Below, piece after piece: positions 38,999-51,394 of a stretch of DNA of 64,000 nucleotides. The stretch is from Octopus sinensis. Lineage: Eukaryota. The number at the start of each line of letters is the position of its first letter. The stretch's first letter is position 1. The stretch is from positions 41,664,001-41,728,000 of the forward strand of contig NC_043003.1 in the NCBI RefSeq assembly GCF_006345805.1. The letters are read 5' to 3'. The notes under the pieces are model-generated. The model did not search any database. It was not told the DNA's origin and was given only the letters and a program-made list of their open reading frames with translations. The translations under genes were made by a program, and so were the position numbers.

Positions 38999-40229
38999 GT
39001 ATGATCAGCGCAAATGATCTTTGAACGTTCCATAATTTTGCTTCACACTTAAAGTATCTAAGAGCGTATTATCGCTACCTCACCCAGAAAGTATTGTGAT
39101 GGAACATGGTTCATAGGTTCTTAAAGGGTGAAATTAAGAACTGTTAAATGTTAAGAATTGACATTTGAACATCCCAAAAGTCTGGTGGAGATATAATAAT
39201 TGGATTTTTTTCATCTTCTACTTTAGTAAATGATTGCTAACATCGGTGAGACTGATAGAAAATTAAACCTTGAAAGGGAGAAAAAAGAAAGAAAAAAGAT
39301 AAGATTCCTCTTCGACAACATTTGTATCAAATGTGATATCTATATATTTTATGGAAATAAAATTCTTGCGGGCAAAAAATTCGTATGCATATCATAGAAA
39401 TTTCAAAACTGTCCTTTCTTAGGAGTTAAGAAGCGTTAGATGTGAAATTACTCAAATAATGAATATATTAAGTAGGTTCATTCAAACAGAAAATAATGTT
39501 AGAAAATAATCGAGTTTGCTTCCTCAAAATATATTCACTGTAAGATATCATTTGTTGAAAACGTACATGTTTGACTCCATTGGCTCAGAAGACTAGTTCC
39601 TTAGAATTGGAAGATTTTCACAAAATATCAATTATTGATTTCTTGCAATATCACAAAGCAATGGTTTATTAAGAAGGGAATTAGTATATTACTTTGAAGA
39701 AAAGGTATTTATAATACTTGCCTTACTGAACGCGGAACCATATATAGGAAAAAAGACATGATGCTGGCTGAACTTACAACAACTCACGGAAAGATAGTTA
39801 TGCCTTGTTTTGCAGTTAGTCTATTGCTTTACTCGACCTCTTTTTTAGTAAACCGTTATTTCTAATAAAAACAAGCTCGGTGGATTGGCAAAAGTCTTAA
39901 AACCCCCGGAAAATTATTTACGGGTTAAATTGCACAACTATCCTTCTACACATTACTCTCTCACGTCGAGTAAACTATAATTTTAACAAGAGAATTTTAT
40001 ACTTCCGTATGATGTCATATATAATTCCTTCATTGTATTTAGCGATGTGCTTCTCAATTAACATGAAAATTAACTTTAATCTTCTATTTATATAGGTGAT
40101 GAATTAAGTATACTGCAGAAATTGCCTTTTACATTTTACATTTTACCTCTTGAAACATTATACCTATATTATGAATCAACAATACAAACGATGATGCTAA
40201 TACTAATAATGATGGTTTCACTATACAAG

Positions 40230-40400
40230 TAATTATAAGGTAAAGAGTAAGTCTGTACACAGAGCCGGTTCTCAATTGGTGTTCATCTTATCGACATCGA
40301 AAGGAAGAGAAGCAGTCAACACCTGCGGAATTTGAGCTCAGAGCGTATGCCTAGAACACATGCCATTAAACATTGTGATCGGTCTTACAACGATTCTGCC
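40230..40400 (-). mobile_element. Decayed SINE (12172 family)
   Basis: ttatcgacatcgaaaggaagagaagcagtcaacacctgcggaatttgagctcagagcg is the reverse complement of the body and B-box. Confidence 0.65.
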
Positions 40401-40427
40401 TACTCACCGACTTAATTATAATAATGA

Positions 40428-40681
<254 letters not shown>

Positions 40682-40685
40682 GTGA

Positions 40686-40754
40686 GTGAACACCGGGGAC
40701 GTTTAAGAGTGAACACCGGGGACGTTTAAGAGTGAACACCGGGGACGTTTAAGA
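40686..40754 (+). repeat. Three perfect head-to-tail 23-bp repeats (GTGAACACCGGGGACGTTTAAGA) at the element 5' end
   Basis: Copies at 40686-40708, 40709-40731 and 40732-40754, with no spacers. Confidence 0.97.
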
Positions 40755-40955
40755 TGTAAGAAGGAAAATTCAGAGCTCCGAAATCTATCCACAAACATCG
40801 AAAACAAGGACATCCTATGGAGCCAAAGTTTTACTAACAAAGAATTGGACTGTATCCGAGTAAGTAATACTAATTGAAATTTATTACTATTTTCGAAACG
40901 AAATGATGTATTTTGACTCGATATCATCTCCGCCTCTAACGCAACACATGTAAAC

Positions 40956-42374
40956 ATGCGTGGAACATCACGATCATCTCCGACCCCAAACACCATGTAC
41001 AAAGGAACTACGAAGAAATTAAATGCCACCGATACTATTCAACCCAAGAATAACAATCGAGCGGTACGTACATTAAACTTACAACAAAAAATGTACGAAA
41101 AACTACACGTGCGAAATAATGTGACAACAGAAATAAACGGACCGGTACCCTACGAAAATGACGACCGTCAAAATAATGCGCCGGACGTTGTACCTCATGT
41201 CCCGCAAATAAAACCCAAAAGACGTAAATGGACACGTGACGAATACATTTCTATCTTACACGCATACTTCACAGCAGTACTCTACCCAAAAAATGAAAAT
41301 ACAACAACACATACATATAAAATATGGAAGGAAATTAATAGAGATATAGACTTGGATACAGCAATGAACCCTAATAAATTAGCTAACGTACGAAGATACA
41401 TTCTCAACACAAAAAAAAATATCAGAAATAGAAATAGAACACCTAAACGAAAACATACACCAGGAAAATGTAGATAGAAGCCACACAACAATGCCCAATA
41501 ATATAAACACTGAAACTGTAAAACACGAAGACAAACGCAACATTCCCAACAAATACGATGTAAACAACGAAGGGGAGCCTAATGATTATGATAATATAAA
41601 AAATAAAATAATCAAAGAATTGAAAACCACAGAGCTCAAAATGGACCACCGACCATACCTCCCAAGAATAAAAATAAACAAAATAACAACACCTATTATA
41701 AACAGCATAAACCTAGCCGTCACTGAACTGATAGCCACTGAATAAAAAAAAAGTGATATCACTGAGCTAAATAACCTAATATACGCAGCAGCCACTGCAG
41801 CCACAAAAGAAGCTGGATACTCACCCAAACCCGCCCAAACAAGAGTACCACCACCCAAACAAACCCTGTGGATAAATAACATCCAAAGCAAAATAAAAAA
41901 AAAATAGAAAAGACCTGTCGATTCTTAATGAAATCAGCAAACAATCAACGCTACTGAGCAACAAAAAGAGAACAAAAATACTCCGCAAATATAACATCAC
42001 AGAGAAAGATTTGCCTGAAATAAAAGAAAAGCTGAAGCAAGATATCCTTGCCAAAGCACAAAGGATCCGCCGGTAAAAGAAACGCCAACGCTTCTTTGAA
42101 GAAAACAAAAAGTTCAACTCTAACCCCAAAAAGTTCTACCAAGAACTGGGAAAAAATAAAATAGAAGTCACTGCAGCACCAACGGCAGAAGAATTGGAAG
42201 AATTGGGGAGAAATATGGTCGGCGAACGAACCACCAAAAAAAAGGAGTATCAGAATAACAAACTCGGCATCTGAACAACTTTGGACCCCCATAACATCTG
42301 AAGAGGTCACCCAGGCACTGCAAAGACTAAGCAACTGGAAGGCACCTGGGCATGACAAGATCCCCAACTTCTGG
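40956..42374 (+). pseudogene. Disrupted N-terminal third of the retrotransposon ORF
   Basis: Frameshifts at A-runs (~41410-41418, ~41895-41904), TAA stops at 41743 and ~42075, and a 2-nt deletion near 42205 relative to the copy at 63421+. Open from ~42216 (IWSANEPP...WKAPGHDKIPNFWLK) into the main ORF. Confidence 0.85.
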
Positions 42375-44591
42375 TTGAAATATCTAACAGGAATGCACAA
42401 AAAGCTGGCTGAAAACTTTAACAGCATACTAGCAGAGCCAGAGACAATGCCTGAATGGCTCACGAAGGGGAAAACCATCTTAATTCCCAAATCAAATGAA
42501 ACAGAAAAACCAGAAAACTACAGACCAATAACCTGCCTCCCTACTATGTTCAAGGCATTTACTGCAGTGATATCACAAAGGCTGAACAAGCACCTGGACG
42601 AAAACAAACTGTTCCCAGAAGAGCAGAAAGGATGCCGCAAGGGCTCATATGGCTGTAAAGATCAACTAATGATTAATAAAGCCATAACTGAAGACAGCCA
42701 CAGAAAGAAGAAAGGCCTCAGTATGGCCTGGATTGACTACAAAAAGGCGTTTGATAGCATCCCCCACACATGGATCCTCGAAACACTAGCCATTAACAAA
42801 GTAGCACCAACAATCATAAAATTCATAGAGCACTCTATGAATAAATGGCAAACAGTCCTACACCTCCAAACAAAAGAGGGACTCATGAAAACCAAAGACA
42901 TCCCCATTAGAAGAGGAATATTCCAGGGAGACACGCTCTCTCCACTCCTTTTCTGCTTGGCACTGTCAACTCTATCTGATATGCTAAATAGAACTGGATG
43001 CGGATATAAATGTTACGGCAAAACGATCAGCCACCTTTTATATATGGATGACCTAAAACTATACGCTGCAAATGACAAACAGCTGGAAACACTATTAAAG
43101 ACAGTTCATGGATTTACCAAAGAAATAGATATGAAATTTGGATTAGAAAAATGCGCCAAAGTAACCCTGAAAAGAGGAAAACTAGTTAAGAGTAACAACA
43201 TCACACTAGATAAAACCAATGAAATAAAAGAATTAGACCAAAGCCAAACTTACAAATACTTAGGAATCCATGAACTAGATAAGACACAACACACACAAAT
43301 GAAAGAGAAAATAAAAAAAGAATATTATAGACGAGTTAGATCAATACTAAACACAGAGCTCAATGCTAAAAACAAGATAATAGGTATCAACACTTTAGCT
43401 GTCCCAGTTATAAGTTACAGCTACAATATCCTTAACTGGACACGAAATGAACTGACCAAAATAGATAGGAAAACAAGAAAAATAATGACAGGATCTAGGA
43501 TGCATCACCCAAAATCTGACATAGAAAGACTATATATACAACGTATAGAAGGTGGTAGAGGCCTTATACAGCTGGAAAACTACTATAAAATAACCACCAT
43601 AGGACTGCAAAAATATCTACTTCAGAAGGAAGGAAAACTGATCCAGATAGCGGCAAAACACGAGCAAAACAAAAAACTATTCTCAGTATTTAAGGAAGCT
43701 GACAAATACAAACAAGAAATCATACCACCTAATAAACATGAAGTAGAAGAAGAAGATGAAGAAACAACAAAAGCTATAAAACAAATGAAATCCAAACTAA
43801 AAATAGAACAGCAACGAACCATGATAAAACGATGGCAAGAAAAGCCCCTTCATGGTAAATACTGGACTAAACTAAACGCAAAAGAAATAGACAAAGAAAA
43901 ATCCCAGCAATGGTTGAGAAGCTCAGGACTCAAAGCAGAAACAGAGGGATTTTTAATTGCAGCACAAGACCAAAGCCTCCCCACCAGAAATTACCAAAAA
44001 CATGTAATGAAAAGAAATATTACAAGTAACTGCAGAATATGTGGAGATGGACAAGAAACAATAAATCATATTATCTCTAGCTGCCCAGTTTTGGCTAAGA
44101 AGGAATATATTCACAGACATGACAGAGTTGGAACCTACATACATTGGAAGCTATGCCAACATTATGGAATAACAACAGAAAAAAGATGGTATAGGCACAC
44201 ACCAGAAAAGGTCACAGAAAACGAGAAAGCAACCATACTCTGGGATATGCCGATACACACAGATAGAGAAATTAAGGCCAACAGACCAGATATAGTTGTC
44301 ATGAAGAAAAAATGCTTTCTAATTGATGTATCAATACCGGCTGATGACAACGTGTCTCTAAAAGAAATGGAGAAACTCTCAAAATACAAAGACCTGGAAA
44401 TAGAGGTAACTAGAATGTGGAATCTGAAAACAGAAACAATTCCTATCATAGTAGGTGCATTAGGCATGATAAAAAAATATTCAGACAAATACATAACAAA
44501 AACACCAGGACTTACAAACACATATAACATACAGAAAATTGCACTACTAGGCACTGCACACATCCTACGCAGAACACTTTCCATACAATAA
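42375..44591 (+). CDS. Reverse transcriptase plus zinc knuckle plus restriction-like endonuclease (R4/Dong clade), 738 aa
   Basis: NYRPITCL, WIDYKKAFDSIPH, GIFQGDTLSPLLF, LLYMDDLK, YKYLG, CRICGDGQETINHIISSC, HRHD, RPDIVV...LIDVSIP...KLSKY. Confidence 0.95.
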   Translation: MKYLTGMHKKLAENFNSILAEPETMPEWLTKGKTILIPKSNETEKPENYRPITCLPTMFKAFTAVISQRLNKHLDENKLFPEEQKGCRKGSYGCKDQLMINKAITEDSHRKKKGLSMAWIDYKKAFDSIPHTWILETLAINKVAPTIIKFIEHSMNKWQTVLHLQTKEGLMKTKDIPIRRGIFQGDTLSPLLFCLALSTLSDMLNRTGCGYKCYGKTISHLLYMDDLKLYAANDKQLETLLKTVHGFTKEIDMKFGLEKCAKVTLKRGKLVKSNNITLDKTNEIKELDQSQTYKYLGIHELDKTQHTQMKEKIKKEYYRRVRSILNTELNAKNKIIGINTLAVPVISYSYNILNWTRNELTKIDRKTRKIMTGSRMHHPKSDIERLYIQRIEGGRGLIQLENYYKITTIGLQKYLLQKEGKLIQIAAKHEQNKKLFSVFKEADKYKQEIIPPNKHEVEEEDEETTKAIKQMKSKLKIEQQRTMIKRWQEKPLHGKYWTKLNAKEIDKEKSQQWLRSSGLKAETEGFLIAAQDQSLPTRNYQKHVMKRNITSNCRICGDGQETINHIISSCPVLAKKEYIHRHDRVGTYIHWKLCQHYGITTEKRWYRHTPEKVTENEKATILWDMPIHTDREIKANRPDIVVMKKKCFLIDVSIPADDNVSLKEMEKLSKYKDLEIEVTRMWNLKTETIPIIVGALGMIKKYSDKYITKTPGLTNTYNIQKIALLGTAHILRRTLSIQ

Positions 44592-44685
44592 GCATCAGAG
44601 CATCACAACAAATCACAGCACATAACCAAGGCACACAGAGCTGCGCTCGGTAGTGAAGTGAAAGCACGCTATAAAAATAAAACTA

Positions 44686-44688
<3 letters not shown>

Positions 44689-44748
<60 letters not shown>
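44689..44748. repeat. (AAT)n, 3' flank of the Dong-like element
   Basis: Direct inspection. Confidence 0.95.
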
Positions 44749-45328
44749 TTAAGGTGGAGTACTTGCAGACTGAGACTGATCCTTCTTAAGTCGAAATTAA
44801 ATGGACGGAATAAGATGGAAGCTGCCAACGACCGGGCGGTTTCACTATTTACATATGAAGCGGGAGTACTCGCATGAACAGTAGACGAACTAAACAGCTT
44901 AGACAGAAAGACAAGGAAGTTGCCAACTAGATATGGGTCGATCCAACCAAAATGTGACACAAGCAGACTGTATGTACCAAGAAAAAGAGGGGGAAGGGGA
45001 CTGATTGGATGCGAACACAGCATTAGAGCAGAAGAAAACAACAAAGCATGTTTTTTTTTAAATGCCACAGAACCTCTATTATTAGAAGTAAGAAGGTCAG
45101 TCTTGCGTAGGATGAAAGACTGCAAAGACAAAGCACTATACAAGAAATTGAAAACGAATGAAGATGAAAATAGGTGGGTAAAGAAGAGAATGCATTGTCA
45201 ATTTCATAGGGATGTTGAGGATAAGACAGACAGAGAAAAAGCATGGCTTTGGATGATTAAAGTAATTTAAAACCGGAAGCGGAGGCTCTAATATGTGCTG
45301 TCCAAGTGCAAACACTACGAACAAACTA

Positions 45329-46615
45329 TCAGGTCATCCCATAAGTTCTGTCCAATTTTGCCTTTTTTTTTTTAATTGAATGAAATTTAATAATATTTTA
45401 GAATGTCTAATGGACTTGAAAAAGATTTTTATGCATTTGTATAAATTTAAACTAATTAAATATTGGTTTACAAGATAATAGAATTAAAATATCTTTGATT
45501 AAAACCTTTTCTAACATAGAAGTATCCAAAGTGTATTTAAGGCACATAATGCTTTATGAGTACAAAAAAGGAAACTTTGCAGCCGAAGCGACTGGAAACA
45601 TACACTCAGTTTATGGGAACGAATGCTTGAATGAAAGAACTTGCAAAAGATGTTTTGCAAAATTCAGAAGTGGAGATTTCAGCCGTGAAGCGGAAGATAG
45701 AACAGGGCGTCCAGTTGAGTTTGATGATAAGCTACTTGAGTCAGTACTTGAAGAAAATCCTGCATTATCAGTTGAAGGATTGGCAATAGAGCTTAGTTCA
45801 AGCCATATAACCATTAATCGTCATCTTCAAAATCTTGGTAAGGTTCATAAACTTGGAAAATGGGTGCCCCATGAATTGTCTGAAAGCAACCGCAAATCCT
45901 TAGTTGACATCTGCTCTTCTCTCCATTCTCGGGAACTCGTTTCACCCTTTTTGTATAGACTTGTGACTGGTGAAGAAAAATGGATCTTCTATCGATATGT
46001 TAAACGTCGTAAACAGTGGCTTGGTAAAAAAGGCAAAAAGCTCAACCACAACCGAGAAAGGAACTTCATAGGAAAAAGGTTCTCTCTATATGGTGAGATT
46101 GCAAAGGTGTAATTCACTTTGAATTGTTACCACCTAATGCAACAATCAATGCTCCTGTCAACTGTCAGCAATTAGAGCGTTTGAACCAAGCTATGAAGAA
46201 AAAAGACCCGCTTTAATGAATCGAAAAGAAGTGATGTTCCATCAGGATAATGTGCGAACCCACACGGCAAAGATCACATCAAAGAAGATCGAAGAGCTTG
46301 GTTGGGAAAAATTCCTCATCCGCCTCATTCTCCCGAACTTGCTGCTTTATACTACCATTTGTTTCGTAGTTTACAGAATCATTTGGGAGATATAACTTTC
46401 GCAAGCCAGGAGAAGGTCGAAACTGACATTTTAGAGTTCTCCGCTTTCAAACTAAAACAGCTTTACATTGATTGGAGTAAAAGCTTGTAAATAGATGGAA
46501 GACAGTCATAGATAATCAGGGAAAGTACATTGATGATTAAATTTAATTTAAATATAACATTTGACCACTAGTTTCCTTTATTCAAAATTCGGACGGAACT
46601 TATGGGATGACCTGA
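45329..46615 (+). mobile_element. Full-length defective mariner transposon with TIRs
   Basis: 5' TIR TCAGGTCATCCCATAAGTTCTGTCCAATTTTG (45329-45360); 3' TIR 46583-46615 (2 differences); TA at 45327-45328, right TSD reads TG. Confidence 0.92.
45495..46540 (+). pseudogene. Frameshifted mariner DD34D transposase
   Basis: LRHIMLYEY...GRP...WVPHEL...VTGEEKW (first D lost), MFHQDN, PHPPHSPELAALYYHLFRSL (third D lost), ends ...GKYIDD*. Confidence 0.88.
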
Positions 46616-46984
46616 TGCATAAAATACAGAATACTAACATAATACTGGAAAAACCAAACCAGATTCCATAACAAAGACATACTTATACAATCAGCTGTAT
46701 AAACCTTAGAAATGCAGAGTTGAATCAGGTGTCGCAAAAGAATATTAGAAAAAGCAAACAAGAAAAGCGTTCGAAAATGTTGACGATGATGAAAACGATG
46801 ATGACAGCGATAATAAAGATATCAACCATGGTGATGATTGTAATGTCGACGGTGGTATTTTTAATATAAGCACAAGGTTTTCACTCTACATATCATTTTT
46901 TTTTCTGCGAGACATTCGATATGTACTCATAGAATACATATCAATTATTTACAGTATATATGATGTTGCTAATAAAAATAAGGT

Positions 46985-47179
46985 ATATTACATAACACTT
47001 GCAGGAATATTTGCATTAGAAATGTAAGAAATTGTATAACATTTTTTGCATACTTCATATACATAGATACATAGATAGATGCATAAGTATATATATATAT
47101 AAGAATATGGAAATATATATATATATATGTGTGTGTGTGTGTAAATATATATATATATATATGCATATGTATACATACA

Positions 47180-47246
<67 letters not shown>

Positions 47247-47600
47247 GTATGTAATTTTGTATCTTGATGCATTTGAGTCGCTGCGGATTTTTGTTCGTTG
47301 TAACGTGTATGCGTCTGAGATTCTGCACGTGGAATAAAAAAAATTTAATATCAACATGTGAAACATAATTCATAAATCCAAGTAGATTAAATGAAGCGGC
47401 ATCAAACGCAAAATTGTATACACATGCCCAAATGCAGATTACTGCGCACGCACACACATACATATATATGTCTGTGTTTGACTGTGTATATATATATGTG
47501 TGTATGTGTATATATATATATATTATATATGTATGTATATATGTATTTGCGTAAGTATGTATGCACGTATATGTATGTTTATGTATATGTTTATTCATGT
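46985..47600. repeat. (TA)/(TATG)/(TG) microsatellite field
   Basis: Direct inspection. Confidence 0.9.
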
Positions 47601-47917
47601 ATATTTACATTTATAAATTCTAGCCAGAGAAAAACGTGCGGCGTCTATGAATCCCTCAATAGAAGCATATGGACCAACTTCGCTATCTACATGTGACATC
47701 TATGATTTTTCAATGCGCACATGAAAGCCAATTCCATCAGTAAATCCAAAAGTTTGGGCATTAGGGAAGGCATGGCTCTTTTATCCTCTCTTGAAATACT
47801 ATGTTCAATAACATTGCAGTTTTCTCATATGTCAATTGTATGCACTTCCTGTTACGAATCGAATGGATGGGTTTTAGAAGGAAATAAATAAATAAATGAA
47901 TGAATATATATATATTC

Positions 47918-47988
<71 letters not shown>

Positions 47989-48619
47989 CGTCTGTGCGTG
48001 CGCTTGTTTATGTATTGATACACACACACGCACTCACACATATCTATATATGTATTAATGTTTGAATGTTTGGGCGTATGCTTGTATAATATGTATCTAT
48101 AAAGGAAAATGAGCTGAGAGAAATAGCCCAGAATGGGCAGTGGAAGGCGTTCGATCAACAAAGACGAAAAGGTGAATAAATGTGTATTAAATATCACAGA
48201 ACATAAATTCTATATTTATTGAAAAGTTTTAATCATCAAGAGAATTTCATATAACCACGTAGCGTTGGTGGTGAAAAACTTCGAATAAAATGCGATAATC
48301 GCATGAACGAAATATTCTCTGAAACTAACACCCCATTAAACCAAAAAGTCAATCTGATTGTGAAGGAGGTAAGAGAAAAAACATTGGACATATGTTTCTA
48401 TTTCTTTCATTTTTATCACTTCAGTAGTTACCTAAGTCGTCTCCAACACATGGAATACATAGAAAAATCCCCAAATTAGTACAGCACATTTATGTTCTTC
48501 ATAATATGTATAATTTCAACGGCCGGCGATGAATTAAGAATAACTCAGATAGCTCTGTGGTATATATACATGCATGCATACATACATACATGCATATATA
48601 TATATATGTATATATATAT

Positions 48620-49149
48620 AGTCATAAAATACAGTGTACATTTAAACACATGAGGAATCCACTTGTGGGATTCAACACGCTAGAAAGAACAGCTAGGTTC
48701 CATAACCACAAAATTAGGGATAAAATTCGACAGGAACGAAATGAAAAGAATAATAATACTTTACCATCTAGTTTCCTGGACCAATTTGCTTCTGATTTTA
48801 GTTTAGCAAGTAAAATAACATATACTACCTAGGTGAAATCATCCTCAGCAGGAACACCTTGGGTTAAATATATCAACACGAGGCGATCAGACTTCTACTT
48901 CGCCGGCAATAAAAAAATGCCAACTTTTAAAAACCGAAAATTATCCAAAAACGTATTCGTATCAAAGGGAAGTGAAAATTTATTAAAATTTCCATTTCCA
49001 GTGGCCTAACGTGTAAAAATTTAGTCCAAAGACTATGAATTAGTCATAAAATACAGTGTACATTTAAACACATGATGAATCCACTTGTGGGATTCAACAC
49101 GCTAGAAAGAACAGCTAGGTTCTATAACCACAAAGTTAGGGCTAAAATA
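48620..49149 (+). repeat. Direct repeat pair 48620-48726 / 49042-49149 (~107 bp, few mismatches, offset 422)
   Basis: agtcataaaatacagtgtacatttaaacacatga.gaatccacttgtgggattcaacacgctagaaagaacagctaggtt... occurs twice. Confidence 0.92.
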
Positions 49150-49935
49150 TTGAAGATGACATTACATTTTTAAATCTACCACATTTTAATGAAAAAATAG
49201 CTGTTGCATTCCACAACACGATCCGTAAACAGGATTAAATTTACGATTGACACACTCCGGTCTAGTTGTGGACAGGGCACTAACATAGGTTCATTGCTTA
49301 ACGGTCTGATGAATCAAGAAATTATATGTCTAAGTTCGTACATGGTATATAAAATCACATGTAGTAGATATAGTAAAGAATTCTACTTCGGAAGTACCAA
49401 CGTTCTCAGTCGAGTTACAGAAAACGTCTATACTACTGCATAATCCTTCAAAAAAATGCCTACGTAAATGCCACACACATGACACAATTGAAGGTAGAGT
49501 AAGAAACCTTGGGAACTGGAGAATAGTAAAAGCTATTTAACAAGTACGGTTCCGAATAAATTACAGATCAGAGATGTTCGCAGTCAATTGGCTATTTTAA
49601 CGACGCAAAGTTAGCCTACATGCAAACTACAGCATAGGGAAGTCAGAGATCAACACCTTTTTACCGTTTATTTTTGATGAATGGCTTCAAAATATGAAAT
49701 ATTCAGATATTGAAGTATGAACTTTCACAATACTTATACATACACAGATAGATACATATATACACGTCTCTTTCCCACTCTGACTCTCTGTGTGTGTCTC
49801 TCTCTGTCTCTCTCTACACGCATGTGTGTATATGTGTGTATTATCCATGTACGCGTGAGCACAGGCACACACACGCACACACTCACATGCGTGCGCGTGC
49901 AACTGTATATATTCTCAAAACCTGAATTTGTTGAA

Positions 49936-50266
49936 TTTTTTTAGAGCCTTTTGACAAATACTTTGCCCAATAGAAATATTTTCCTTGTGATTTATTTAAT
50001 ACTATTATTAATATAATGTGTTTTCCTATAGGAAATTTCTTTTTGAAGTATTTTACAGGCAAATTGAATGTATTTCCCTTTTGATGTTCAGCTCTTACAG
50101 AATAGCTGTTGGTATGACACTATCCTGAATAGGAACAGTAAAATTTTATTATGGGCTCCTGTTTCTTTGCGCTCTTGAGGTATTTTTATAGAGATACTTA
50201 TATGAATACATGTCTACAAACCACATGTTCACTTCCATAGAAAATATTGGATATTTATATAGAAAG

Positions 50267-50300
<34 letters not shown>

Positions 50301-51326
50301 CAATATAATTAACTTGATTTTAATTTCATGTTTCTTCATTCTAAATAAAATTAAATTTATCATTTTATCTAATACACTGCTGAACATACTGCACAAGATA
50401 AATATTTTCAAGAAAATTAAGATGTTTCAAATGTTTAATTACAATAACTCCTCATTTCTCTAACTTAGATTTATGTTTTATTTTCAGAGGAAATCTCGGT
50501 GCTTGAAATATGTTCAAAAAGTATTTTACAGTTAAACTGTATGTATTTCTTTTCTTGATACTACAATTGTTTCTACACATGCTAAGATTTTATTCCCTCT
50601 TTATATACAGGATATGATTCTCTTATGACTGTCTATGATATCTCGTTGAAAAGGTGCCAAAAGTGCATAATTTTATGAACATCTGACTGGCAAACTTTTC
50701 GAATCGGGATTAAATTACAAATATACATATATTTAATTATTGAAATACATATGTAGGTGGTACATTGAAAAACTATCCATCTTTATTTTCTCCCGCCAAA
50801 ACCAATGCCACACGAGCAAAATCCATTGGATGGGAGGTGTCGCCACCCTTCCTACACATGTTAGAAAATTTTCTTGCTATTCGGCTGAGTCACTTCTCGG
50901 CTGTTACTGAGTCACTTCTCAGGATAACGCATAGACCAAAGGCGATAAGCCCTTATCTGACACTCGTTTTGTACAGTCCAGAATGTCCTGAGATGTTTTT
51001 TTAGAGCCTTTTGACAAACACTTTGCCAAATAGAAATATTTTCCTTGTGATTTATTTAATACTATTATTAATATAATGTGTTTTCCTATAGGAAATTTCT
51101 TTTTGAAGTATTTTACAGGCAAATTGAATGTATTTCCCTTTTGATGTTCAGCTCTTACAGAATAGCTGTTGGTATGACACTATCCTGAATAGGAACTGTA
51201 AAATTTTATTATGGGCTCCTGTTTCTTTGCGCTCTTGAGGTATTTTTATAGAGATACTTATATGAATACATGTCTACAAACCACACGTTCACTTTCATAG
51301 AAAATATTGGATATTTATATAGAAAG

Positions 51327-51394
<68 letters not shown>

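Larger units (their letters stand above)
40682..44688 (+). mobile_element. Near full-length R4/Dong-clade (RLE-type) non-LTR retrotransposon inserted in (AAT)n
   Basis: Single-ORF layout: Myb-like RRKWTRDEY...KLANVRRYIL, RT, CCHC knuckle, PD..D..K endonuclease, short 3' UTR. (AAT)n on both sides matches the known (TAA)n target preference of Dong elements. Confidence 0.93.
44749..46660 (+). mobile_element. Older 5'-truncated R4/Dong-like fragment split by a mariner insertion
   Basis: LKSKLNGRNK...LDRKTRK...SRLYVPRKRGGRGL...WLW...LKPEAEALICAVQ.QTLRTNY up to 45328. The expected continuation (c)ata aaa tac aga ata (IKYRI) resumes after 46617. Confidence 0.85.

Noticed and set aside
40686-40754. 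23-bp repeats as a CRISPR array
   Set aside because: No spacers, eukaryotic context, no cas genes; they are part of the retrotransposon 5' end.
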